A stretch of 64,000 bases of DNA from contig CAVWHO010000008.1 of assembly GCA_963754875.1 (NCBI GenBank), positions 32,001 through 96,000 of the forward strand. Direction: 5' to 3'. A program made the translations under genes and the position numbers. Origin of the DNA: Nitrospirota bacterium. GTDB lineage: Bacteria; Nitrospirota; UBA9217. The notes under the pieces are model-generated. The model was not told the origin of the DNA. It ran no database searches and saw only the letters and a program-made list of their open reading frames with translations. Shown here piece after piece: positions 28,772 to 38,049 of this stretch; within the stretch, counting starts at the first letter, position 1; the number at the start of each line of letters is the position of its first letter.

Positions 28772-31000
28772 CTAAATCACTTCTAAGTTCGCGTACTTCA
28801 CCGCCAGCGTCTTCACGCCGTGTCCGGGGAAACTTACGCTGATTTTGAGATCATCCCCCGCCCCTTCGGACCGCTGCACCGTACCGAGACCGAACTTGGC
28901 GTGCCGCACCACGGCGCCTTTGTAGTACTTGTCCCCGGAACCGGCCTTGGCTGCCGACGGAGCTTCCGGATACTGCTCTTTCGATACTTTTCGCGCCGAG
29001 GCAAAGGAAGCATTTTCCCACGGTACGCGGTCCCGAAAGGAATAGGTTGCTGTTGAATCCGAGGCTGAGAATTCCATGGCCTCGCGCGGGATCTCCTGCA
29101 CAAAGCGGGACATCAGATTGGACTGCGGATAGCCGTAAAGCCTGCGTTCCGTTGCATGGGTGAGAATCAGGCGTTCCTTCGCCCGCGTGATACCCACATA
29201 ACAGAGCCGCCGCTCTTCCTCGAGTTCTTCTTCGCTCTCCGCAGAACGGGAGTGCGGAAAGAGCCCTTCCTCCATGCCGGCCAGGAACACGACGGAGAAT
29301 TCGAGGCCCTTGGCGTTATGCAGCGTCATGAGCGTTACGGAGTCCGTGTTCACGCGTCCGCTGTCCGCCGCTGTCTGCTGCTCCAGGTCGGTGATGAGCG
29401 CGACCTGGTCCAGGAATGCGGGAAGCGTCGAGTCGCGGTTCTGCTCCTGAAAGTCCTCGGTCGCGGTCATGAGTTCGTTCAGGTTTTCCAGCCTGATCCG
29501 GGATTCCACGGTCTTGTCCTGCTCAAGCGCCGCCCCGTACCCGCTTTCGTGGATCACCCGCCTCACGAGGTCTGTGATGGTGAGCGTTCCGAGATCGGCC
29601 CGCATCCGATCCATCATGCCCGTAAATTCCTTGAGTTTCTTTTTTGCCGAAGGGGTCACGTCGGTTGCGTCCGCGTTCATCACGGCCTGGTACAGCATGA
29701 AGCCGCCCAGCGCTGCCGCCCGCTCCAGCTTATCGATCGTCGTGTCGCCGATGCCGCGCGCCGGTACGTTGATGATCCGGCGCAGGCTGACGAGGTCCGC
29801 GGGATTTTGGAGCACCCGCAGATAGGCGATGATGTCCTTGATCTCCTTGCGGTCGTAGAACCGCAGGCCGCCGAAGATCCGGTACGGGACGCCGTAGTTG
29901 CGGAGGGCGTCTTCCAGGGCGCGCGACTGGGCGTTGGTGCGGTACAATACTGCGATCTGGCGAAGACTCCTGCCTTCATCAACCTCCTGCTGAACGGTCC
30001 GGCAGATGTAGCGCGCTTCGTCCTTTTCATCAAATGCTTTGTAACACTGTATTTTATCACCACCGTGTTTTTGTGTCCAGAGCTCCTTCGGTTTCCTGCC
30101 GAGGTTGCGCGCCACGACCGCCCCGGCGGCGCCCAGGATATTCTGCGTCGAGCGGTAGTTCTGTTCGAGCTTGATCACCTTGGCCGCGGGATAATCCTTC
30201 TCGAAGTTCAGGATGTTCGAGATGTCCGCCCCGCGAAACCGGTAGATGCTCTGGTCGTCGTCGCCTACGACGCAGAGGTTCTTTCGTAGCGCCGTCAGCA
30301 GCCGCACCAGGCGATACTGGGCATGGTTCGTATCCTGATACTCGTCGATCAGGATATGGTGAAACACACCCTGGTAATACCCCAGGACGTCCTGGTGCTG
30401 CTCAAAGAGTTTGACGGTGAGCATGAGCAGGTCGTCGAAATCGAGGCCGTCCGATTCTCTGAGCTTTTCCTGGTAAAGCGAGTAGACCCGGGACACGGCC
30501 TCTTCGAACCCGAAATGGCCGCTCGTTTTATCGTACTGTTCAGCGTCGATAAGGTTGTTCTTGAGCGCGCTGATCTTGGCGCTGATCGCCCGGGGCTGAT
30601 ACTGCTCGCCGTCGATACGCAAGTCCGCCATGCACGCCTTGATGAGCGAAGAACGGTCGGTCTCGTCGTAGATGACGAACGACCGCTTGTATCCCAGTCG
30701 GTCGGCATGCTGCCGAAGTATCCGGACGCAGGCGGAGTGGAACGTGCTGATCCAGAGCCTGTTGAGCGGGACATCGATCATCCGTTCGACGCGTTCCCGC
30801 ATCTCGTTCGCTGCCTTATTCGTAAAGGTCACCGCGAGAATGTCGCTCGGATCGACATTTCGTTCGCGGATCAGATGCGCGATCCTGCAGGTGATCACCC
30901 GCGTTTTGCCGCTTCCCGCTCCGGCCAGGATGAGGAGCGGCCCATCGCCGAACAGCACGGCCTCGCGTTGCGGCGGGTTAAGATTTTCAAGATAATCCAT
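28772..31000 (-). CDS. pcrA: PcrA/UvrD DNA helicase
   Basis: LILAGAGSGKTR, TFTNKAA, DEYQDTN, LEQNYRS, HNAKGLEF, EERRLCYVGITRA. Confidence 0.97.
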   Translation of the reverse strand: MDYLENLNPPQREAVLFGDGPLLILAGAGSGKTRVITCRIAHLIRERNVDPSDILAVTFTNKAANEMRERVERMIDVPLNRLWISTFHSACVRILRQHADRLGYKRSFVIYDETDRSSLIKACMADLRIDGEQYQPRAISAKISALKNNLIDAEQYDKTSGHFGFEEAVSRVYSLYQEKLRESDGLDFDDLLMLTVKLFEQHQDVLGYYQGVFHHILIDEYQDTNHAQYRLVRLLTALRKNLCVVGDDDQSIYRFRGADISNILNFEKDYPAAKVIKLEQNYRSTQNILGAAGAVVARNLGRKPKELWTQKHGGDKIQCYKAFDEKDEARYICRTVQQEVDEGRSLRQIAVLYRTNAQSRALEDALRNYGVPYRIFGGLRFYDRKEIKDIIAYLRVLQNPADLVSLRRIINVPARGIGDTTIDKLERAAALGGFMLYQAVMNADATDVTPSAKKKLKEFTGMMDRMRADLGTLTITDLVRRVIHESGYGAALEQDKTVESRIRLENLNELMTATEDFQEQNRDSTLPAFLDQVALITDLEQQTAADSGRVNTDSVTLMTLHNAKGLEFSVVFLAGMEEGLFPHSRSAESEEELEEERRLCYVGITRAKERLILTHATERRLYGYPQSNLMSRFVQEIPREAMEFSASDSTATYSFRDRVPWENASFASARKVSKEQYPEAPSAAKAGSGDKYYKGAVVRHAKFGLGTVQRSEGAGDDLKISVSFPGHGVKTLAVKYANLEVI

Positions 31001-31087
31001 GATAACAGTATAAGAGCCGGAAGACAGGAGCTGGAACACAGGAGAACCCCTCGTGACTCCTTGCTCCTAGCTACTGACTGCCGCCTT

Positions 31088-32917
31088 TTACTCCACCGTG
31101 ACGCTTTTCGCCAGGTTCCTCGGCTGATCAACATCCGCGCCGAGCAGCACTGCAATGTGGTATGCCAGGAGCTGAAGCGGAATGGTCATGAGGATCGGCA
31201 TGAGCAACTGGTTCGTGGCCGGGATGGGGATCGCATGAGTGACCCGCTTTGCAATCTCCGTATCGCCTTCCGTCACGACGGCGATCACGACACCGCCCCG
31301 GGCCTTGACTTCTTCGATGTTCGCGAGGATCTTGTCGTAGACGCCGTTTTTCCCCGCCAAAACCACGACGGGCATGTTCTCGTCAATGAGCGCAATCGGC
31401 CCATGCTTCATCTCGCCTGCGGGATACCCCTCGGCGTGAATATAGGATATTTCCTTGAGCTTGAGTGCGCCTTCGAGTGCTACGGGGAAATTCGGCCCCC
31501 TGCCGAGATAGAGGAAGTCGCTGGCCTTGAAATATTGTTTCGCGACTTGTTCAACCTGTTCATTTGTTTCCAGGCAGCGTTCGACGAGCGTAGGAATGTG
31601 CACGAGGTCGGCAAGCCGTGTTTTCACTGTTTCGGCTGAAAGCGTGCCGCGCAGGCTCCCGAAGTAAAGTCCGAAAAGATAGAGCGCTGTCAGCTGGGCG
31701 GTGAATGCTTTGGTCGAAGCGACGCCTATTTCAGGGCCCGCATGGGTATAGATCACGCCGTCGGCCTCGCGGCTGGCTGTCGAACCGACGACATTGCAGA
31801 CGACGATCACCGTGGCCCCTCGCTTCTTTGCCTCGCGCATGGCTGCAAGCGTGTCCGCCGTCTCCCCGGACTGGGTAATAGCGATGAACAGGTCATCCTT
31901 GCCCACGAGCGGGCTCCGATACCTGAACTCCGAAGCAATATCGACCTCCGTCGCGATGGAGGCGAGTTCCTCGAACAGGTACTTGCCCACAAGCCCGGCG
32001 TGCCACGACGTGCCGCAGGCCACAATGAATATTTTTTTGGTCGACTTGAGCCGCCCGTAGGCAGTGCCGATCTCTTCGAGGTGGATGGCGCCCGTGTCCT
32101 GGGAAAATCGTCCCCGGATCGTGTCCATGATGGCGCGGGGCTGTTCGTAGATTTCCTTCAGCATGAAGTGACGGTAGCCGCCCTTCTCGGCCATGACCGG
32201 GTTCCACATGACCCGCGTGATCTCCCGGTGAAGCTCGGCGCCCTTGAGATCGGTGAGTCGCACGCCTTCCGGGGAGAGGATCGCCATTTCATCGTCGTTC
32301 AGGAACAGCACATCCCGCGTCCGGTGCAGGATGGCCGGGATGTCCGATGCAAGAAAGAACTCGCCTTGACCGAGACCGACCACGAGGGGGCTGCCCTTGC
32401 GCGCGCCCACGACGACATCGGGATTTCGTTCATCGATGACGGCGATGGCGTAGGCGCCCTCCAGGTGCAGCGCCGCCTCGCGCACCGCATCTTCGAGCGG
32501 CATGCCCTTTTCCGCGATGCGGTCGATCAGGTGGGCGATCACCTCCGTGTCCGTCTCGGACCGGAACACGCAGCCCTTTGCTGCGAGGTCTTTTTTGAGT
32601 TCAATATAATTCTCGATGATGCCGTTATGGACGACTACGACACTGCCTGCGCGGTGGGGGTGGGCGTTTTCTTCCGACGGCCTTCCGTGCGTGGCCCAGC
32701 GAACGTGCCCCACGCCTATCCTGCCCGTCAACATCTCACTGCGGAGCACGGCTTCGAGGTTCGCAAGCTTGCCGACGGCCCTGCGGACGACAAATTGCCC
32801 ATTCTGCAGCACTGCTATTCCTGCTGAGTCGTAGCCGCGGTACTCAAGCTTCCTGAGCCCCTCAATCAGGATCGGGACTGCCGGTTCTTTTCCGATGTAT
32901 CCGATAATTCCGCACAT
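31088..32917 (-). CDS. glmS: Glutamine--fructose-6-phosphate transaminase
   Basis: [35 protein letters not shown]. Confidence 0.98.
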   Translation of the reverse strand: MCGIIGYIGKEPAVPILIEGLRKLEYRGYDSAGIAVLQNGQFVVRRAVGKLANLEAVLRSEMLTGRIGVGHVRWATHGRPSEENAHPHRAGSVVVVHNGIIENYIELKKDLAAKGCVFRSETDTEVIAHLIDRIAEKGMPLEDAVREAALHLEGAYAIAVIDERNPDVVVGARKGSPLVVGLGQGEFFLASDIPAILHRTRDVLFLNDDEMAILSPEGVRLTDLKGAELHREITRVMWNPVMAEKGGYRHFMLKEIYEQPRAIMDTIRGRFSQDTGAIHLEEIGTAYGRLKSTKKIFIVACGTSWHAGLVGKYLFEELASIATEVDIASEFRYRSPLVGKDDLFIAITQSGETADTLAAMREAKKRGATVIVVCNVVGSTASREADGVIYTHAGPEIGVASTKAFTAQLTALYLFGLYFGSLRGTLSAETVKTRLADLVHIPTLVERCLETNEQVEQVAKQYFKASDFLYLGRGPNFPVALEGALKLKEISYIHAEGYPAGEMKHGPIALIDENMPVVVLAGKNGVYDKILANIEEVKARGGVVIAVVTEGDTEIAKRVTHAIPIPATNQLLMPILMTIPLQLLAYHIAVLLGADVDQPRNLAKSVTVE

Positions 32918-32944
32918 GTTCGTAATGCTCCACGGTAAGATGTG

Positions 32945-34330
32945 TTATTTGCTCTTTTGCTTCATTTTTTTTCTGCGATCTACAAAGCCCTCACGGATTT
33001 CCTGCGGCACGCGGCTGATAGCGAGTGCACGGGCAGGGACATCGCGGGTGATCGTTGCCCCTGCAGCGATGAGCGCCCCTTCACCGACCTTCACCGGTGC
33101 GACAAGCTGCGCGTCACTGCCCACAAATACGTTGTCTTCGATGATTGTCCGGTGTTTCTCGTAGCCGTCATAGTTGCAGGTGATGACGCCCGCCCCGATG
33201 TTTACGTCCCCGCCGATGGTTGCGTCGCCGATATAGGCAAGGTGGTTCGCCTTACTCCCTTTGCCTATCGTAGATTTTTTGACTTCGACGAAGTTCCCGA
33301 TGTGCGCCCCCTCACCGATCATCGCACCCGGACGCAGGTGCGCAAAAGGGCCAATTACCGCACCGGAAGCGACCTCGCTTTCCTCAATGAGCGATGAGTC
33401 TTTTATCGTAACACGGCCGGCGATCACGCTGTCAACTATCCGTGTACCTGGGTAGATCGTGCAGGCATCACCGATCTTCGTCCGGCCCTCGATCCTGACA
33501 TTCGGATACAAGGTTACATCGCGGCCGAGCGACACCTCTTTCCCGATAAAGACCGTATCGGGGTCGTGCATGGTCACGCCTTCACTCATCCATCGCCGGT
33601 TGGTCCGCTGCCGAATGACGGCCTCGGCGCGGCTCAAGTCGTATCGGGAATTTACCCCCATGACTTCGTCCGGATCGCTGCACAGCAGCGCGGAAACGGT
33701 GCGCTTCTTTTTTCGTGCAAGTTCGATTGTGTCTGTAAGATAGTATTCGCCCTGGGCGTTGTTCTTTCCCAGTGAGGCGAGCGAGGAGAGCAGGAACTGG
33801 GGGTCGAAACAGTAGATGCCGGCATTTACTTCTTCTATCTTTTTCTGCGCAGCGGTGGCGTCCTTCTCTTCCACGACGCGCATGACGCCGCTCTTCCCGC
33901 GCACAACCCTGCCGTACCCGAAGGGAGTTTTGGTCCGAAAGGTCAGGAGCGTGACCGCAGCGCGCGATTTTGCATGGAGAGCGATGACATCCTTGAGCGT
34001 TTCACTCGTGAGAAGCGGCGTATCGGCGCACAGGATCATGACCGGCCCGGAACCAGCGGCGATGGCGTCTGCCGCCTGTTGCACGGCATGGCCTGTACCA
34101 AGCTGTTCAGCCTGCAACACAATAGTGACCCGGGAACCCCCGAGTGCGTTCTTCACCTGGTCTGCCTGATGTCCCAGCACCAGGACGACCTTTTTCGGCA
34201 CAACACCCGAAGCTGCGTTCAGCACATGCTGTATCAGCGGCAATCCCGCGAGCGGATGAAGTGCTTTTGCCAGGCCGGATTTCATGCGCGTACCGAGGCC
34301 CGCTGCAAGAATTACGATCGTCGGATTCAC
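32945..34330 (-). CDS. glmU: Bifunctional GlcNAc-1-P uridyltransferase/acetyltransferase
   Basis: LAAGLGTRMKS, QLGTGHAV, EYYLTD, GNFVEVK, CNYDG. Confidence 0.97.
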   Translation of the reverse strand: MNPTIVILAAGLGTRMKSGLAKALHPLAGLPLIQHVLNAASGVVPKKVVLVLGHQADQVKNALGGSRVTIVLQAEQLGTGHAVQQAADAIAAGSGPVMILCADTPLLTSETLKDVIALHAKSRAAVTLLTFRTKTPFGYGRVVRGKSGVMRVVEEKDATAAQKKIEEVNAGIYCFDPQFLLSSLASLGKNNAQGEYYLTDTIELARKKKRTVSALLCSDPDEVMGVNSRYDLSRAEAVIRQRTNRRWMSEGVTMHDPDTVFIGKEVSLGRDVTLYPNVRIEGRTKIGDACTIYPGTRIVDSVIAGRVTIKDSSLIEESEVASGAVIGPFAHLRPGAMIGEGAHIGNFVEVKKSTIGKGSKANHLAYIGDATIGGDVNIGAGVITCNYDGYEKHRTIIEDNVFVGSDAQLVAPVKVGEGALIAAGATITRDVPARALAISRVPQEIREGFVDRRKKMKQKSK

Positions 34331-35017
34331 TTACCGCACCTCCTGTGCGTTATGCTTCAGTTTGTCGGCCTGGAGTTCACTCAGGGGGACAAGCCCGAGC
34401 GAGATGATGAATTTCATCCCCTGTTCAACGGTCATGTCTATCCGGGTGACTTCTGCTTCAGGTAGGATGAGCAGAAAACCAGCCGTAGGATTCGGCGTGG
34501 TAGGAACAAATACGGTCACAAGCCTGCCGAGGAGGCCGAGAGCATCTCCCCGTACCTCACCGGTCATGAACCCCACGCTGTAGCAGCCTTTGCGCGGATA
34601 TTCAACGAGGGCCACCCCGTGAAACTGGTGCTTCATGGAGAAAGTCTCCATGACCTGCTTTACGGTAAAATAGACACCCCGGACAAGCGGCACCTTGTGC
34701 AGCAGTTCATCGCTTATCTTGACGATCCTGCTGCCCAGATAGTTCGCAAAAAGTCCGCCGACGAGCAGGACGAACAGGAATAGCGTGAGGATGCCCAGCC
34801 CGGGGATACGGCGCCCCAGGAAATGGGCCGGGAGGTCTCCCAGAATGCCATCAATCACACTGAGAAGCGCTGCCAGAACGTAGTAGGTGGCCCACACCGG
34901 CAGGATGACCAGCAGGCCGGTGATAAAATATTTTTTTACAAAATCCTTTATTTTCTTCACGTTTGTAATATTACTGATTTTACAGTGAGGTTGCAAGCTT
35001 TTTTTCGGAACGGCCAT
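34331..35017 (-). CDS. DUF502 membrane protein
   Basis: FITGLLVILP, VEYPRKG, VFVPTTPNPTAGF. Confidence 0.9.
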   Translation of the reverse strand: MAVPKKSLQPHCKISNITNVKKIKDFVKKYFITGLLVILPVWATYYVLAALLSVIDGILGDLPAHFLGRRIPGLGILTLFLFVLLVGGLFANYLGSRIVKISDELLHKVPLVRGVYFTVKQVMETFSMKHQFHGVALVEYPRKGCYSVGFMTGEVRGDALGLLGRLVTVFVPTTPNPTAGFLLILPEAEVTRIDMTVEQGMKFIISLGLVPLSELQADKLKHNAQEVR

Positions 35018-35038
35018 GGAACGACGGTCTCGTCAATT

Positions 35039-35070
35039 AAAAAAGGCCTCCCGGAATCCGGAAGGCCTTC
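35039..35070 (-). terminator. Intrinsic terminator after the DUF4382 gene
   Basis: GAAGGCCTTCCGGATTCCGGGAGGCC-TTTTTT on the minus strand. Confidence 0.75.
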
Positions 35071-35087
35071 AAAATCAGAGCGGGCAA

Positions 35088-36707
35088 CTACCAGAGCGGT
35101 ACCATCTGCATGTCCGCCGTATCGTTGCCAATGCGCAGATCAACAACTTGCGGTATCGCCACGGCACTGTAGGGAAGCGTTGACGACGGCATGGGTGTCG
35201 AGGACCACCCCAAAGCCTCTATGCCGTAGAATGCTCCGGGAAGAGGTGTGATGGCTGATCCTCCCGGGAGATTGATCATCGTATAGGTCCCACCCGTCGC
35301 CATTTCAGCATCGATACCCATGGCGTCCACGATCATGCCGCCATGCACCGCAAAGAGCACGCCCCTGTCCATTTTGTTGCTCATTTTGAGCGGCATCGTC
35401 ATCGAGATCGTTCCTGCTACGCTGTTGCCCTGATAGGGCGACGTTACCGTGAGCGCAGGGAACGTAACCGACGATGTCGAAGCAGTCACGGCCTGATAGC
35501 CGCTGCGGTCGAAAAGGTCCCCGTCAGCAGCAGCTTCATATCCTCCAATCCCCTCCTGAGGGGTTACGGTGGACAATGTGATGGGGCCGGTCGTGTACGT
35601 ACCTAACGAAAGCGGCATGTTCGAGAGTGGGAATCCGGTAAACTTCCCGGTCAGCGGATGGAAGTGACGGAACCGGATCTCGTAGGGGTACTCTCCTGTG
35701 CCCGGCAGTGTCTGGTAAAAGTTAACCCATGCACCGGTCGGCGATACGATAGTTGCGGACGCCGAATAGTCCTGCGAACCGGCCGCCGTCATGGTGATTG
35801 TCCCCAGATCGGTCGCTCCGCTTGTCGGGGTTGCGCCCGTGGTAATGGGCACGCCCTTGATGATGACCGTCTGATAGTTTACGCCGCGTATCACAACATC
35901 CCATGTGCTCGTTACCCGCGTCGATACCGGATAAAGGACAAACGTTCCGTCGGACCGCGGGACGGTCCAGCGCCGTATCTCATGGTAGGTGTTGGTGCCG
36001 TCGGAAGTCAGCCGCTCGGCTTTGATGACGAAGCGAGGCGCCGTGGTAAACGTACCGCCGGTAGAGAGTTTCCCGATAATTGCCCCGACATGATCGAGAT
36101 CGAAATAGGCAAGCCTTGGCTTCAGGATATATTCTCCTGTCCGGAAATCAACGATGTCGTGGCCTGCGTCGAAATCAATAGCGAGCCTGAGCATTCCTGC
36201 CGTCGCCATGGAGAATGATCCGACCAGCCTGATTCCGTGCAATGCGTCGGGGATATGGAGCGGTGATTCAACACCTCCGGTTACGACTTCATTATTGTAT
36301 TGAAGACTCAACGCCTGAGCCGAAGCAGTCAGCGGGTCTTCTGTGCCGGCAAGAATTACCCTGATCTGCTGATAATTGCCTGAGGGCAGCTGGATGTTGT
36401 TCCACAGGGCTTGCGATAAGTTTCCGTTCGCGAGCGTAAGCAGATCCAGGGTCACCGGTGTTGCCAGCGGATATTTGAGCCATCCTGCTTCGTTCGGACC
36501 CGCAGCATCGCTCGTGTGAAACCAGATATCTTTCACCGTGATATACACCTGATCGAAGTCCCCCGGCGCGTCAGTGACCATGACGCTCAACGTTCCTGAC
36601 GGTACACCACTTCCGCTGCTGGACGAGCTTGAACTGCCGCACGCCTGCAGAGTAAATGCTGCGGCCAGCAAAACCATAAGCACTACCAGATACCTGCAAT
36701 ACTTCAT
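35088..36707 (-). CDS. DUF4382-domain lipoprotein
   Basis: Lipobox LQAC, Ser-rich linker, LSVMVTDAP, GNYQQIRV, IDFDA. Confidence 0.8.
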   Translation of the reverse strand: MKYCRYLVVLMVLLAAAFTLQACGSSSSSSSGSGVPSGTLSVMVTDAPGDFDQVYITVKDIWFHTSDAAGPNEAGWLKYPLATPVTLDLLTLANGNLSQALWNNIQLPSGNYQQIRVILAGTEDPLTASAQALSLQYNNEVVTGGVESPLHIPDALHGIRLVGSFSMATAGMLRLAIDFDAGHDIVDFRTGEYILKPRLAYFDLDHVGAIIGKLSTGGTFTTAPRFVIKAERLTSDGTNTYHEIRRWTVPRSDGTFVLYPVSTRVTSTWDVVIRGVNYQTVIIKGVPITTGATPTSGATDLGTITMTAAGSQDYSASATIVSPTGAWVNFYQTLPGTGEYPYEIRFRHFHPLTGKFTGFPLSNMPLSLGTYTTGPITLSTVTPQEGIGGYEAAADGDLFDRSGYQAVTASTSSVTFPALTVTSPYQGNSVAGTISMTMPLKMSNKMDRGVLFAVHGGMIVDAMGIDAEMATGGTYTMINLPGGSAITPLPGAFYGIEALGWSSTPMPSSTLPYSAVAIPQVVDLRIGNDTADMQMVPLW

Positions 36708-36968
36708 AAATTTATACCTCCTTCGTATTCCGTATTTTTGAGATTTTTTTTCGGCGTCAGTTCGGACGTCGTTGTCTAATTATGACACGCAGAATGTTGG
36801 AAAGTTAAATCGAGACCTCAACATTTTCACATACGATAGCGCAGCTCGCCTTCCTGCGCTTAAAATGCACAAAGAGCGGGCATGAAGGATACCACGTTAT
36901 TGAAAAATCAAGGAAGGAGTTTCGGAACGCCGTGCGCTTTTGCAACAGAAATGCGAAAGGAATGAAAA

Positions 36969-37448
36969 TTACCAGGAATTGTAGGTAGTGCCGTCTACTG
37001 CGATTAATGGACTGGCACTATGTACGTCGAACACGCCACTGTTGTCCTCGCCTTCAGGTGCGACCGTGATCCAGTCACTGGCGCCGGTAAAGGGGTCCTT
37101 GGGGATGTCCCGCAAATAGCTCTTGGTTTTCTCCTGCTGGTTGATCAGGTCCTGGAGCGTGGGCGGATAGTTACCGTTGTCAGCATAATACTGATCAACG
37201 GCTTCTCGCATCTGGAACAGGTCTTCCCGGAGAACGGCTTCCCGGGCACGGATGATCGAGGTCTTTAAGCTCGGCTGCGCAATGGAAACGAGAATTCCCA
37301 TGATGGCCATCACGACCATGAGTTCCAGGAGTGTGAAACCTTTACTATTCCGCAATGGGATTGCGCACTGCGGGTCGTGCCTGCCGGACTCCGGATTGCA
37401 AACTCCGTTGTCGCCGTGTTCTGTCCTCATTCGTCGCCGTTTTAGCAT
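36969..37448 (-). CDS. Type II secretion pseudopilin (GspG/OxpG-like); start uncertain
   Basis: GFTLLELMVV, AREAVLREDL..MREAVDQYYAD, YLRDIPKDPFT. Confidence 0.88.
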   Translation of the reverse strand: MLKRRRMRTEHGDNGVCNPESGRHDPQCAIPLRNSKGFTLLELMVVMAIMGILVSIAQPSLKTSIIRAREAVLREDLFQMREAVDQYYADNGNYPPTLQDLINQQEKTKSYLRDIPKDPFTGASDWITVAPEGEDNSGVFDVHSASPLIAVDGTTYNSW

Positions 37449-37505
37449 ATCGCTGTCACGCTTCCCGTTGTCAGGTCTTCTTTACACTTTGAACTGTGTT
37501 GTTTT

Positions 37506-38000
37506 CTACCAGGTGTTATATTTCGTTCCGTCAAGCGCTACGGCTTCGCTCTTCGAATAAACATCGTAAACATTCCCGCCGCCCCACTGGTTTGAATCGG
37601 GAGAATCGCTGTAGGAACGCAAACCCCAATTATTGGTATTGCCCGGAGATTCGATTGGCGTCATAGGGTCCTGGGGGATCCGGCGAAGATATTTTCTGAC
37701 CCGGTCCGCAACTCCGGCAAGTTTCAGCGGCTGGGTCAGTTGTTCAAGCGTTTCGGGATAATTGTACTGGTCCGGGTCGCAATACCCCTCCACCGTGGAC
37801 AGTTTTTTCCCCTCACAGTCTTTCTTGAATGCGTCGATCGCCGTGCGCAAAATCCGCAAGTTGTTTCGCAGTTCGATTTCCTTTGCCCTTTTTATGGTCA
37901 TACGCGAGAGCGGCATGGCAGCCGAGGCCAAAATGGAAATGATCGCAATGACGACGAGCAGTTCGATGAGGGTGATGCCGTTCCGCCGCGTTTTCCGCAT
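37506..38000 (-). CDS. Type II secretion pseudopilin (PulG-like)
   Basis: GITLIELLVV, KEIELRNNL, YLRRIPQDPM, ALDGTKYNTW. Confidence 0.88.
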   Translation of the reverse strand: MRKTRRNGITLIELLVVIAIISILASAAMPLSRMTIKRAKEIELRNNLRILRTAIDAFKKDCEGKKLSTVEGYCDPDQYNYPETLEQLTQPLKLAGVADRVRKYLRRIPQDPMTPIESPGNTNNWGLRSYSDSPDSNQWGGGNVYDVYSKSEAVALDGTKYNTW

Positions 38001-38049
38001 GGAGTTTATCCCGGTCCCCTCGGGGCATCCAGATTTCCGCATTCGCTGT

